DNA from: a virus
Length of the DNA: 64,000 bases
Reading direction: 5' to 3' (one strand)
IMG/VR virus record: IMGVR_UViG_3300017746_000002
Location: 1 to 64,000 of that record
Under the pieces are notes generated by a model. It saw only the letters and a program-made list of their open reading frames with translations. It searched no databases and was not told the DNA's origin. A program made the translations under genes and the position numbers. Shown here in pieces: positions 1 through 9,803 of the stretch. Each line of letters opens with the position of its first letter. The first letter of the stretch is position 1.

Positions 1-240
1 ATAGAAGTATTTGCTAATACCGTAGGTATGAAGGGTAGTAATGCCCAGTTAGCTAAAATACATGCTATGATCCGTCAACTGGCTAATGATATTGGAGAGG
101 ATCCTGTTACACTAAAGAGTATTATTAAAGATACAGCAATGATTACTAAATCATTTGCAGATTGTGATACGGAAGAGTTAAACTCTGTTATACAAACAAT
201 TTTAACTATAGGAGATTTTAATGGGTCTAACTTACGTTAG
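1..240 (+). CDS. Hypothetical phage protein, 5'-truncated by window edge (weak NinB/Orf-like resemblance)
   Basis: Frame is open from base 1 to TAG at 240. The helical motif AQLAKIHAMIRQLA..G is only loosely NinB-like. Confidence 0.5.
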   Translation: MEVFANTVGMKGSNAQLAKIHAMIRQLANDIGEDPVTLKSIIKDTAMITKSFADCDTEELNSVIQTILTIGDFNGSNLR

Positions 241-242
241 AT

Positions 243-965
243 CTACCATTTCTCTGTTTTACCTTTCATACCTTTTTGATTTTTTATAGGTATAGGATAA
301 TGCTCAGGCTCCATTTCTTCAAGAGGTATGTTATTAGGATCAAGACCAAATCTACCTGAAAGCATGTCTTCAGCTTCATGAGTTATATCAGAGTTAGTCA
401 TATCATGTTTTGCTAAATAATCTTTGTCAATAACTAAATCACCGGTTCTTTCATCAACTCTAAGGCCCATACGGTTAGCTAATTCTGTTTCATCAAGAGG
501 TTCTGCACCTTTAGCATCTTCTTTCTTATCTATTTTAAGAGCTTCAGAGAATGCATGAAACCATTCTTGTTTATCAGCTACTCTAGATTTCTTTTGAGCA
601 ACAGCAGCTGCAGTAATTGTATTTATTAATGTCATTACTGCCCACATGAGAGATTCATATCTAGTAATCTTATTAGGTGGTATTTCTTTACTATCTTCAG
701 ATTTAAAATTACTTTTAATTCTATACAGTGCTCTAACAACTCTAAATGATTCTTCACTTTCCATTAAGTGTTCTAGTCCTAATCTTAAAGCATTAACAAA
801 TTCTCCATTAAGAGGAATTATTACTGTCTCAGCATCAGGTAGATATGTAAAGCAATCATCAGGAAGTTTTTTAATTTCTTGAAGTTGTTTTAAAAACTCA
901 GGAGATGCATTAGCAATCTTTGATTCTTCTCCTTTTTTTAATTTTCTTAATTTCTTTTTAGCCAT
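243..965 (-). CDS. Hypothetical protein (240 aa), divergently transcribed
   Basis: Long ORF with MAKKK start and its own minus-strand TAnnTTTG element. No motif recognised. Confidence 0.75.
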   Translation of the reverse strand: MAKKKLRKLKKGEESKIANASPEFLKQLQEIKKLPDDCFTYLPDAETVIIPLNGEFVNALRLGLEHLMESEESFRVVRALYRIKSNFKSEDSKEIPPNKITRYESLMWAVMTLINTITAAAVAQKKSRVADKQEWFHAFSEALKIDKKEDAKGAEPLDETELANRMGLRVDERTGDLVIDKDYLAKHDMTNSDITHEAEDMLSGRFGLDPNNIPLEEMEPEHYPIPIKNQKGMKGKTEKW

Positions 966-988
966 GGTTTTTTATTATTTCTATGGTA

Positions 989-996
989 CAAAGATA
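989..996 (-). promoter_or_regulatory. Bacteroidota sigma-70 -7 promoter element (TATCTTTG)
   Basis: Exact TAnnTTTG match on the minus strand about 25 nt upstream of the 965 ATG. Confidence 0.6.
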
Positions 997-1028
997 CAAA
1001 AAATATACTATAAGTCAATGATAATTAG

Positions 1029-1036
1029 TATATTTG
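1029..1036 (+). promoter_or_regulatory. Bacteroidota sigma-70 -7 promoter element (TATATTTG) for the replication operon
   Basis: Exact TAnnTTTG match about 20 nt upstream of the 1058 ATG, in the divergent intergenic region. Confidence 0.65.
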
Positions 1037-1057
1037 TAAATCCAAAAACCAACACAT

Positions 1058-1663
1058 ATGTTAGAACTATTAGAAGAAATTCTGAAGGATGGTATTACAC
1101 CAAATCAACTCCTTCTATTATATGGACTTGATGAGTCTATACACTTTCCACAAATTAATCCACACTTAGAAATGAGAGGATTAAAGAAGGAAGGATATAT
1201 TATTATGAATGAAGATATAGATACCGGTGTAGAACTTACAGCCAAAGGTAGACAAATCAAAATAAAGTATGACAATTACTTTCTTAAATCTAAAAAGAAA
1301 ACTAGTAGTATACTTATGGGTAAAGATTATATAAAAAAAGTAGAAGAATATAGAGAGATATTTCCTGCTAGAAAATTACCAAGTGGTAAGCCAGCAAGAA
1401 CTAATGTAAAGACATTAACAAAAAACTTTGTATGGTTCTTTAGTGAATACAATGTAACATGGGATGAAATAATAATTGCAACTAAAAGATATGTAAATGA
1501 ATATGAAGCAAAAGAGTTTATGTATATGCAAACTAGTCAATATTTTATATGCAAGTCAGACCAAAGTAAAGTTAAGCAATCACAACTCATGGATTATGTT
1601 GACATGATTAGAGATGGAATAGATGAAGAAGATATTAATCATTTTAAAGAAAAAATAGTATGA
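1058..1663 (+). CDS. Putative winged-helix replication initiator/helicase-loader-like protein
   Basis: wHTH-like segment (LKKEGYI...VELTAKG). ATGA overlap with the DnaB helicase. Function inferred from position. Confidence 0.5.
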   Translation: MLELLEEILKDGITPNQLLLLYGLDESIHFPQINPHLEMRGLKKEGYIIMNEDIDTGVELTAKGRQIKIKYDNYFLKSKKKTSSILMGKDYIKKVEEYREIFPARKLPSGKPARTNVKTLTKNFVWFFSEYNVTWDEIIIATKRYVNEYEAKEFMYMQTSQYFICKSDQSKVKQSQLMDYVDMIRDGIDEEDINHFKEKIV

Positions 1664-2607
1664 GTAAAGCATGGGATGGTCAACATACAGCTTTTCAAGA
1701 AGCACTTAGATACATGCTTGATAGACAATCAGGCAAAGAAAAATCAATATATACACCATGGCATAAGTTTAATGATGCTGTAACAGATGGACTAGAATGG
1801 AATACACTCACAGTTATAGGTGGTAGACCTGGTTCAGGTAAGACATTAATAAAAGATCAAATAATTAGAGAGTCTTTTGTGCTTAACCCGCAGGAAGACT
1901 TTAGAGTATTAGAATTTCAATTTGAAATGGTTGGTAGAACTTCAGCAATTAGAGAGTTTTCATCACTAACCGGTCAAACATATAAGCAACTATGTAGTGC
2001 AGGTACACAACTAACACAAGAAACATTTGATAAGTGTCATGCATATGCTAAACAAAGGATTAAGAATCCTGTAGATATAATATCTACACCTATGACTGTC
2101 AATCAAATGAGAGAACAAGTAGATGCATATATGAATGAACATAAAGGTAAGAAGACTATTATAACATTAGATCACACTATACTAGTTAAGAGAGCTCCCT
2201 ATCAGAATAACAGATTAGATATGCTATTTGAATTAGGTGAATTCTTTACACAAGTTAAACGTGAATATCCTTGTATGTTTATTGCATTATCACAATTGAA
2301 CCGTAACATTGATAATCCAGATAGGGCTGTTGATGGTAAGTATGGTAACTATGTACTTGAGTCAGACATATTTGGATCAGATGCTATGCTCCAACATGCT
2401 GACACTCTAGTAGGTATTAACAGGCCAGCTAAACAAAAGATTAGATTATATGGACCTGATAGATTTATTATTGAAGATGATAAAACATTAGTATTACATT
2501 TTCTTAAGGCAAGAAACGGGGATGCCCGTATGAGTTTCTTTAGAGCTGCCTTTGAGAGAATGGAAATTCAGGAGATGGACACACCTCCACAACAACAAAG
2601 AAGATGA
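1660..2607 (+). CDS. dnaB: DnaB-like (SF4) replicative helicase, RecA domain only
   Basis: Walker A GGRPGSGKT, FEM, ITLDH (Walker B), LSQLNR, and KARNG arginine finger. Confidence 0.93.
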   Translation: MSKAWDGQHTAFQEALRYMLDRQSGKEKSIYTPWHKFNDAVTDGLEWNTLTVIGGRPGSGKTLIKDQIIRESFVLNPQEDFRVLEFQFEMVGRTSAIREFSSLTGQTYKQLCSAGTQLTQETFDKCHAYAKQRIKNPVDIISTPMTVNQMREQVDAYMNEHKGKKTIITLDHTILVKRAPYQNNRLDMLFELGEFFTQVKREYPCMFIALSQLNRNIDNPDRAVDGKYGNYVLESDIFGSDAMLQHADTLVGINRPAKQKIRLYGPDRFIIEDDKTLVLHFLKARNGDARMSFFRAAFERMEIQEMDTPPQQQRR

Positions 2608-3107
2608 GTAAATTAAATACAAAAAAAAAGATGACACCTCAAGAACGTAAGGCTAAAGTTGAAGAGTTGTTACAAGAACATAAGGATTACTTTGATACTA
2701 ATAATCTAAACAATCCAGCATACATACCAAAGATGGCATATAGACCATCAGGCAAGGATGAACTTCATGTATCATTCTTTCCTAGTGAGTTAGAAAATAA
2801 CCAAGATATATATACAGAGTTTGTAAGTATTGATTATGATTCAGAAGACCCAAAGAGAACCCTTTATTTATTAAAGTATAACCCTCATTGGAAAGAAGAG
2901 TATGAACTAATTACAAGTAACTCAGGCTTTCAAAGGCACATTGTACCTGCAGGAGAGCTTAAAGCAATTAAAGATGTAACAAGTAAGAGTACATCACCCA
3001 CTGTACAACCACCAATAGAATTAACAGACCCGGATGAAAGAGACATAGTGGATGTCCTAAAGGGTATTGAAAAAGCATTATTAAGTATTAATCAAAAATT
3101 AAAATAG
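2604..3107 (+). CDS. Hypothetical protein in replication operon
   Basis: 167-aa ORF coupled to dnaB by an ATGA overlap. Confidence 0.75.
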   Translation: MSKLNTKKKMTPQERKAKVEELLQEHKDYFDTNNLNNPAYIPKMAYRPSGKDELHVSFFPSELENNQDIYTEFVSIDYDSEDPKRTLYLLKYNPHWKEEYELITSNSGFQRHIVPAGELKAIKDVTSKSTSPTVQPPIELTDPDERDIVDVLKGIEKALLSINQKLK

Positions 3108-3108
3108 A

Positions 3109-3789
3109 ATGGCACAAAGCGTATTAGTTATTGCTGACTCAGGGACAGGTAAGTCCACAGCAATTAGGACACTGGATCCTAAAGAAACATTTATAGTTAA
3201 CATTGCAAACAAACCTTTACCTTTCAAGGGATGGAAAAAAGATTATGTAAATATATCTAAAGATAATCCTAAAGGTAATATGACATCAGCTTCATCAGCA
3301 CCTGGTATTGTTAAGGCAATGCAACATGTCAATGATAAGATGCCACATATAACTAATCTTATTATAGATGATTGGCAGTATATGTCTAGCTTTGAATACT
3401 TTGATAGAGCTAATGAAAAAGGGTATGATAAGTTTACTCAGATTGCAGCTAACTTAGCGCAGGTTGCTAAGATGCCTAAAGATATGAGGTCAGACTTAAC
3501 TATATTTTTCTTGACACACTCAGAAGAATCAGTAGATGGCAATGGGCACAGAAAAGTTAAAGCTAAAACAATTGGTAAGATGATTGACAACACCTTAACA
3601 CTAGAAGGTTTATTCTCTATAGTATTATTTGGTAGAGTTAAGAAGACTGAAGATGGTTTAGAGTATGGTTTTGACACAGTAAATAACGGAGAGAACACAT
3701 GTAAATCTCCTATGGACATGTTTGAAGAGTCCTTTATAGATAATGATCTACAGTTAGTAAAGAACTGTATAGCAGAGTATGAACAATAA
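3109..3789 (+). CDS. AAA_24/Sak4-like P-loop ATPase (ssDNA-annealing recombinase family)
   Basis: Walker A ADSGTGKST, Walker B IIDD, FLTH, LEGLFSIVL. Followed by an SSB-like gene, the usual Sak4-SSB pairing. Confidence 0.85.
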   Translation: MAQSVLVIADSGTGKSTAIRTLDPKETFIVNIANKPLPFKGWKKDYVNISKDNPKGNMTSASSAPGIVKAMQHVNDKMPHITNLIIDDWQYMSSFEYFDRANEKGYDKFTQIAANLAQVAKMPKDMRSDLTIFFLTHSEESVDGNGHRKVKAKTIGKMIDNTLTLEGLFSIVLFGRVKKTEDGLEYGFDTVNNGENTCKSPMDMFEESFIDNDLQLVKNCIAEYEQ

Positions 3790-3817
3790 TCAATTAATTA
3801 ATTAAAAAAAAGAAAGT

Positions 3818-4501
3818 ATGTTAAGTACAAAAGACATGAGCGTAGGCTCAGGAAAAGCAAGACCTTTAATGGGTCCAGGTAACAACGTGGTAAGAATTAA
3901 CTCAATCACATTTGATCAAACACCTTATGACAGAGAAGCATATAATGTTAATTTGCATATGGAGTCAGAGCCAATGGGTGGTGAGTTTGAAGGATTCTTT
4001 AGAGACAAAGATAATGAATCTAAGGGTAGATATGATGGTCAAATTGGTAGAGTAAGGGTAACACCATTTCCTTTTAAGGATACTACATTACCAAGTGGTA
4101 GAGAAATTAGCAGAGACCAAGAGATACTTAAGTCTATGATATTCTTATCTGAAACATTAGGTAAGAGATCTGAGTTAGATGCTATTGAAGCACAGACAAT
4201 GGAAGACTTTATGTCTAAGTGTAACAGCCTGTTCTCTAACAGTAACTTCTTTAATGTTTGTTTAGCTAGCCGTGAATGGGAAAACAAAGAAGGATATATC
4301 AATAATGATTTATATCTTCCTAAGTTATCTAAGGATGGTATACCTATGGAGGCTAAAGATACTGAGAACTCTAGACTAATTAGCTTTAATGTTTCTACAC
4401 ATGTTAAAGCAGTGGTTAAGAAAGATGTACCATCTAATGGTCAAGCTAGTAACTTTGAACCAAAGACTGCAAAAGTGAATGGTTCTGATTTTGATCTTTA
4501 A
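3818..4501 (+). CDS. Putative single-stranded DNA-binding protein
   Basis: Beta-rich body, flexible tail ending in SDFDL, located between the Sak4-like ATPase and primase. Confidence 0.6.
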   Translation: MLSTKDMSVGSGKARPLMGPGNNVVRINSITFDQTPYDREAYNVNLHMESEPMGGEFEGFFRDKDNESKGRYDGQIGRVRVTPFPFKDTTLPSGREISRDQEILKSMIFLSETLGKRSELDAIEAQTMEDFMSKCNSLFSNSNFFNVCLASREWENKEGYINNDLYLPKLSKDGIPMEAKDTENSRLISFNVSTHVKAVVKKDVPSNGQASNFEPKTAKVNGSDFDL

Positions 4502-4509
4502 TATATAAG

Positions 4510-4569
4510 AGTAGGGGTGGGCATAAAGGCGCTATTGCCATACAGTTAATACACTTGTCCACCCTTGCT
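4510..4569 (+). promoter_or_regulatory. GC-rich intergenic branched RNA hairpin
   Basis: 14-bp stem AGTAGGGGTGGGCA/TGTCCACCCTTGCT with 3 G-U pairs, enclosing an inner GGCG-CTAT-TGCC hairpin. Confidence 0.6.
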
Positions 4570-4581
4570 ATTATTTTGATT

Positions 4582-5556
4582 ATGATAAGTACAAAGAATT
4601 TTATAAGTGAAAAAGATGAGATAAAAAGTAGCTGGGTATTTGAATACTATTTGGATCTACCTGAAAGGTTAACAGGACAAGATGTTAAGATCAAGTCTAT
4701 ATTTAATCCTAATGAGAGAACACCAAGTATGTTTATTTATTTAGATACAACTCGTAATGAATATAGGTACAAGGATTTCTCTACTGGTAATCAAGGTGGT
4801 AAGATAGATCTGATATTACTATTATTTAATCTAACATATTCTCAGGCGTTGTTCAGAGTTGTGGAAGATTATAATACATATATCAGAGAGAATGGCTCAC
4901 TAGATAATATAAAGTATACACCTGTTGCTAAGTATCAGGTAGACTATATAAAGAAGCGTGAGTGGAATCAAATAGATGCTGCTTACTGGTTACAATATAA
5001 CATTGGTTCTAGTTTATTAGAACAGTTTAATGTTGTACCTATTGAGTATTATACAATGATTAAAGAAGAAGAAGAGAACATACAGAAGATCACTATCACC
5101 AATCCCATGATCTATGGATACTATGACAAGGAGGGAGAAATATATAAAATATATCAACCCAAACAAAAGAGACACAAGTTTATAAAAGTTAAACAATATC
5201 TCCAAGGCCTTGACCAGTTGAAGTATGATAAGGATTATTTAGTTATATGTAGTTCACTTAAGGATGCTATGTGTGTTCTTAGTTTTCAATTTGGATTAGA
5301 AGCAATAGCTCCTGACTCAGAGAATACTATGATTAAACCATATGTAATGCAAAATCTTTTGTCAAAGTATAAAAAAGTTGTATGTTTGCTGGATAATGAT
5401 GAGGCCGGGCATAACGCAATGGAAAAGTATAAGAAATTATATAACATTGAGTCAGTCAAATTAAACTCTGAGAAAGATATATCTGACGCTGTTCAGAAAT
5501 ATGGACCAGAATTAGTTAAGCCTAAGTTGTTCAAATTAATTAAAGATACAATATGA
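4582..5556 (+). CDS. dnaG: DnaG-like TOPRIM primase (crAss-like type)
   Basis: Degenerate Zn-finger region (SIFNPNERTPS...YKDFSTG), TOPRIM SSLKD and DNDEAG, KDISD. ATG 4582 is preferred over TTG 4555, which lies inside the hairpin. Confidence 0.85.
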   Translation: MISTKNFISEKDEIKSSWVFEYYLDLPERLTGQDVKIKSIFNPNERTPSMFIYLDTTRNEYRYKDFSTGNQGGKIDLILLLFNLTYSQALFRVVEDYNTYIRENGSLDNIKYTPVAKYQVDYIKKREWNQIDAAYWLQYNIGSSLLEQFNVVPIEYYTMIKEEEENIQKITITNPMIYGYYDKEGEIYKIYQPKQKRHKFIKVKQYLQGLDQLKYDKDYLVICSSLKDAMCVLSFQFGLEAIAPDSENTMIKPYVMQNLLSKYKKVVCLLDNDEAGHNAMEKYKKLYNIESVKLNSEKDISDAVQKYGPELVKPKLFKLIKDTI

Positions 5557-5942
5557 AATGGTTCATACCAGGTAACGTACCAAGCTCTAAAAATAGTAGA
5601 AGGTGGACAGGAAAGTATTTTATAGCAAGTAAAACTGTTATGAAGTACAGAAAAGAAACTGAAAAACTATTTAAAGCAGATGCTGTATCCTTCCAAAAAG
5701 AGTTCAGTAAGTATGAGTTACCTGTGTATGTACATTTTACTTTTATTAGAGGCACCCGTCATAAGTTTGATTACATTAATCCAGCACAAACCGTGCAAGA
5801 TGATATGACCAAACATGGATGGATCGAAGATGATAACTGTGAATTTATTATACCTTGTTTTGAAGAGTATAAGTATGATAAAGAAAATCCAGGAGTAATA
5901 ATAGAAATCAAAGATGACAGAAATAAAGAAAACAAAACTTGA
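5553..5942 (+). CDS. RusA-like Holliday junction resolvase
   Basis: PGNVPSSKN, RHKFDYIN...VQDDM...GWIEDDN acidic motif, and C-terminal PGVIIEI. Confidence 0.8.
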   Translation: MKWFIPGNVPSSKNSRRWTGKYFIASKTVMKYRKETEKLFKADAVSFQKEFSKYELPVYVHFTFIRGTRHKFDYINPAQTVQDDMTKHGWIEDDNCEFIIPCFEEYKYDKENPGVIIEIKDDRNKENKT

Positions 5943-6321
5943 TTACAAAACCTTCAAAAATATATTAGCCATGTTTAAGTCCTCATCTAGTGAGGATTTT
6001 TTTTTGGCATTAAAAATATGGAATAGTTATAAGATTAACGTAACACTTAATACTATAATAGCTAGAAGAATAGGTAAAGGTGAATATAAAGATGACAGAG
6101 AGATGCATAAAAGAATGCTAGAGTTTTCTAGAATCTATAATACATTTAATCTTGATACAACGTTTCATATATTGATCAATAAAATGATTGAAGAAGTTGG
6201 AGATGATAAACTCTCTACTAAACTGATCAGGAAAGAAGTATTAGACACAGTTAACACCTTGGTAGACTACCATGGTCTAGTAAAAATAGTAAAATTAGAA
6301 GAAAAAAATATAAAAATATGA
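5914..6321 (+). CDS. Hypothetical protein
   Basis: 135-aa ORF overlapping both neighbours. Confidence 0.65.
   Translation: MTEIKKTKLDYKTFKNILAMFKSSSSEDFFLALKIWNSYKINVTLNTIIARRIGKGEYKDDREMHKRMLEFSRIYNTFNLDTTFHILINKMIEEVGDDKLSTKLIRKEVLDTVNTLVDYHGLVKIVKLEEKNIKI
5977..6005 (+). terminator. Intrinsic terminator-like hairpin inside a CDS
   Basis: AAGTCCTCA-TCTAG-TGAGGATTT with a T9 run at 5997-6005, 35 nt after the resolvase stop. Confidence 0.6.
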
Positions 6322-7478
6322 CACACATAGCAGACATTGTTGCAAGAGCAGCTAAAACGTTAATGTTCTCAGAGCCTTTCTATGGCCTGTTCTTAGTAGG
6401 ACTTAACAAGAAATATAGAAAAGACTTACCTACAGCAGGTGTAAGTAAAAATGGTATAGGTATTCAGTTAGCTATTAACCCAGAGTTCTTTGAGGGATTA
6501 CCAGAAAAGCACAGGATTGGTTTACTTAAGCACGAGTTATTACATGTATCAATGGGACATTTAATTCTGAGAGATAGGTTTAAAGATCATAAGCTATTTA
6601 ATATAGCTGCAGATTTAGAGATCAATCAGTATATAGGTGATGACTATCTTCCTGAAGGTGGTATAACTATGGAGATGTTCAAAGATCTTAACCTAGATGC
6701 TAGAGCAGGTACTACATATTATTATGAAAAGTTAGAGGAAGCACAAGAAGCAGGTAACTGTCCTAACTTAGAGAATATTCTAAATCAAATGTGTGGTAAC
6801 AGTCAATATGATCATCCAACATGGGATGAGTTTGAAGATCTATCTGAAGCAGACAAGAAGTTAATAGAGAAGCAAATAGAACATCAACTTAAGGAAACTG
6901 CTGATGCTACTGAGAAAAGACAAGGTCATGTACCTGGTGAACTAGCAGAGATTATTGATAGGCTTAGAAGTATTGAGCCACCATCATTTCCATGGAAACA
7001 ATATCTTAGAAGATTTGTAGGGAATTCATCTATTAGTTATACTAAAAAGCTTAGGCGTAAGTATAATAAAAGATATGCTGCTAACCCTGGTCTTAAGATT
7101 AAGTTCAAGAATCATATATGTGTTGGTGTTGACACAAGTGGATCTGTATCTAATGATGAGCTTAAAGAATTTATGAATGAGTTATGTCATATGCATAAAA
7201 CAGGACACCAAATTACTGTAGTTCAATGTGATACTAGCATTAATAGTATTGAAGTATTTAATCCTAAAAAGGATTGGGAAGTAAAAGGTAGAGGTGGTAC
7301 AAGCTTCCAACCGGTTGTAGATCATTACAATGAAAAGAAAGAGTATACTGCTCTTATATATTTAACAGACGGTGAAGCATATTCACCAGAAAACTGTCCA
7401 AAGAATGCCTTGTGGGTACACAGCTCACGCTGTAGCATCAATGAAGAGTTACCAGGACAAAAAATTCAACTTAATTAA
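6318..7478 (+). CDS. Metallopeptidase-like + VWA domain protein (DUF2201-type), MoxR partner
   Basis: HELLH zincin motif, NIAADLEINQ, MIDAS DTSGS, GRGGTSF, and YLTDG. Confidence 0.9.
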   Translation: MTHIADIVARAAKTLMFSEPFYGLFLVGLNKKYRKDLPTAGVSKNGIGIQLAINPEFFEGLPEKHRIGLLKHELLHVSMGHLILRDRFKDHKLFNIAADLEINQYIGDDYLPEGGITMEMFKDLNLDARAGTTYYYEKLEEAQEAGNCPNLENILNQMCGNSQYDHPTWDEFEDLSEADKKLIEKQIEHQLKETADATEKRQGHVPGELAEIIDRLRSIEPPSFPWKQYLRRFVGNSSISYTKKLRRKYNKRYAANPGLKIKFKNHICVGVDTSGSVSNDELKEFMNELCHMHKTGHQITVVQCDTSINSIEVFNPKKDWEVKGRGGTSFQPVVDHYNEKKEYTALIYLTDGEAYSPENCPKNALWVHSSRCSINEELPGQKIQLN

Positions 7479-7497
7479 TTAAAAAAACAAAAAAAAA

Positions 7498-8763
7498 ATG
7501 GCAGAAGTAAATTTAAACATTGAAGAACTAGATGGATTTATTGATCACATCATTAGTAACAACAGAGTATTACAAGAGCAAGGTAAAAAACCTGTTGCTG
7601 TAGAAGTAGTAGGTGAATCAGGTATTGGTAAGACTACTAGTATTATGGACATGGCTAAGAAACATCAGTTGGATTTTGTTAAGTTAAACTTAGCACAGAT
7701 AGAAGAGTTAGGTGACCTTGTAGGTTTTCCTGTTAGACAATTTCAAATGTATAAAGAAAAGACAGTTAAGATGTCTGAGAAAGATATACTAAACTATAAC
7801 TCAAGAGCAGCTGCATCAGCAGACTTAGCTAAGATGCCACAAACAGTGACTAAAAAAGTTGGTCAATGGGTTGATGAGTTAGCAGTATCTGATTATTTAA
7901 AGAGTGGATACAAAATGACAGGTAAGAATAGAATGTCTTACTGTGCACCAGAATGGATTGCTGATAAAAAGAATGGTGGTATACTATTATTAGATGACTG
8001 GAACCGTGCTGATGTTAGATTTATACAAGCATGTATGGAATTAGTTGACCGTCAAACATATATCTCATGGACATTACCAAAAGACTGGCACATTATCTTA
8101 ACAGCTAACCCAGATAATGGTGACTATATGGTAAACTCTGTAGATGCTGCACAAAAAACTCGTTACATTACAGCTAATCTTAAGTTTGATATTAATGTAT
8201 GGGCTAAGTGGGCAGAGGAAGCAGGTATAGATTCAAGATGTATTAACTTCTTGTTGATGCACCCTGAACTTGTAACTCAAGAAACTAATGCAAGATCTAT
8301 ATCAACGTTCTTTAATGCTATATCTAGTATAGAAAAGTTTGAAGAGAGTCTATCTCTTATTCAAATGATTGGTGAAGGTAGTGTTGGTGAAGAGTTTTCA
8401 TCTATGTTTACTATGTTCATTAACAACAAGTTAGATAAGTTAGTTACTCCTATGGATCTATTAACTCACAGTGATGAGAAATATATCTTAGGTGAACTTA
8501 GAAGTTGTATTGGTAAAGATGATTCATATCGTGCAGATATAGCATCAGCTTTAGCAACAAGACTTGCTAACTATTCTGTTGTGTATTCTAAGGAGAACAC
8601 AGTAGGTCAGAAGATAACTGATAGATTGATTGCACTGTGCACTAAGGATTACTTTACTGATGATCTTAAGTACTTAGTTGTAAGAACTATCTTTAATGGT
8701 AATAAGCAGAAGTTTAACAAGATGATGATGAACCCTGCAATAATTAAAATGACTGTAAAATAA
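7498..8763 (+). CDS. MoxR-like AAA+ ATPase
   Basis: Walker A GESGIGKT, Walker B LLLDDWNRA, TANP, DAAQKTR. Adjacent to the VWA gene. Confidence 0.9.
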   Translation: MAEVNLNIEELDGFIDHIISNNRVLQEQGKKPVAVEVVGESGIGKTTSIMDMAKKHQLDFVKLNLAQIEELGDLVGFPVRQFQMYKEKTVKMSEKDILNYNSRAAASADLAKMPQTVTKKVGQWVDELAVSDYLKSGYKMTGKNRMSYCAPEWIADKKNGGILLLDDWNRADVRFIQACMELVDRQTYISWTLPKDWHIILTANPDNGDYMVNSVDAAQKTRYITANLKFDINVWAKWAEEAGIDSRCINFLLMHPELVTQETNARSISTFFNAISSIEKFEESLSLIQMIGEGSVGEEFSSMFTMFINNKLDKLVTPMDLLTHSDEKYILGELRSCIGKDDSYRADIASALATRLANYSVVYSKENTVGQKITDRLIALCTKDYFTDDLKYLVVRTIFNGNKQKFNKMMMNPAIIKMTVK

Positions 8764-9803
8764 TGGCAAAGAAAACAGTATTTCAAACAATTGATAATGC
8801 TGATGTTATTAATCTAGGGATAGAAGATGGCGTGTACTATGGAGTATGCGCCACTTCTTCTTTAGATGATATAGCTACAGTATTAGTAACAGAAGACATA
8901 GATAAATATCAAGAAGTAGAAGAACTATTAGTAAATGAAACTACTAATGATTTAACTACTGTTAAAAAAGGTTTTGTTTTACCGGGTTGTAGAGTATCTG
9001 CAGATAGGCTAAAAGAAGCAGCTAAAGAGCATGGTATAACTATTACTAATGATTATGAGGCAGCTGATTTTATACTTACTGATGGAGATATTATAGCAGA
9101 CTGCAGAAATGAAAAGTATCCAACATCTAAACTATTAGTTGAGTGGACAAACGGTTATGTTATTAATGATCTTAAAAACTCAGTTCTAGATTATGTTGAA
9201 GCTACAGGTAACAATGTATTATGGGATGACAGATGCAATCAGTATTGGAACTTATCTAATTTTGATTATGGGTCAGCGCCATATACTTGTTATATATTAA
9301 CAGGCCTAGCTGTTAACTTAGCTACTAAGATTAAGGGTGGTGAAATGAATGTTATAGATGTTGATACTCTTTTAAATTCATCTGCTAATATTCAACCTTT
9401 AACCCAACAGCTAGTTAATGATATAATGGGTATGTTAAACTGTGGTGATGACCGGGAAATATTAGGAGCATTGTTACCTACTATAGATTATAAAAACACA
9501 CCAGCGCTAATGTGGCAACTAGCTTGTAAACTAAGAGGTAAGGATTATTATTGGTCACGTAACAAAGACATAAAATATTGGTGGACTGTTGCTAATATAG
9601 ATCAGTTAGGTTACATGTGTGCTGAGGAAGCTGTTATTCATTATGATAAACTTGGTAAGCTTGACTCAGAGAATTTTAAAATCTTAGAACCTATATGTAG
9701 AGAAGAGATTAGTATATCTAATAGATCACTATATGTATTCAGAGTAGCAGTAAACCCTAAATGGAGAAAGTATTTAACTAATAAAATTAAAACAAATGAG
9801 TAA
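8763..9803 (+). CDS. Hypothetical protein with BRCT-like segment
   Basis: FVLPGCRVSADRLKEAAKEHGITITNDYEAADFILT resembles a BRCT core and the next ORF. Confidence 0.55.
   Translation: MAKKTVFQTIDNADVINLGIEDGVYYGVCATSSLDDIATVLVTEDIDKYQEVEELLVNETTNDLTTVKKGFVLPGCRVSADRLKEAAKEHGITITNDYEAADFILTDGDIIADCRNEKYPTSKLLVEWTNGYVINDLKNSVLDYVEATGNNVLWDDRCNQYWNLSNFDYGSAPYTCYILTGLAVNLATKIKGGEMNVIDVDTLLNSSANIQPLTQQLVNDIMGMLNCGDDREILGALLPTIDYKNTPALMWQLACKLRGKDYYWSRNKDIKYWWTVANIDQLGYMCAEEAVIHYDKLGKLDSENFKILEPICREEISISNRSLYVFRVAVNPKWRKYLTNKIKTNE
8822..8863 (+). terminator. Stable hairpin inside 5' part of CDS
   Basis: AGAAG-A-TGGCGTGTACT-ATGG-AGTATGCGCCA-CTTCT (16 bp, 2 G-U, 1 bulge) followed by TCTTT. Confidence 0.5.
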
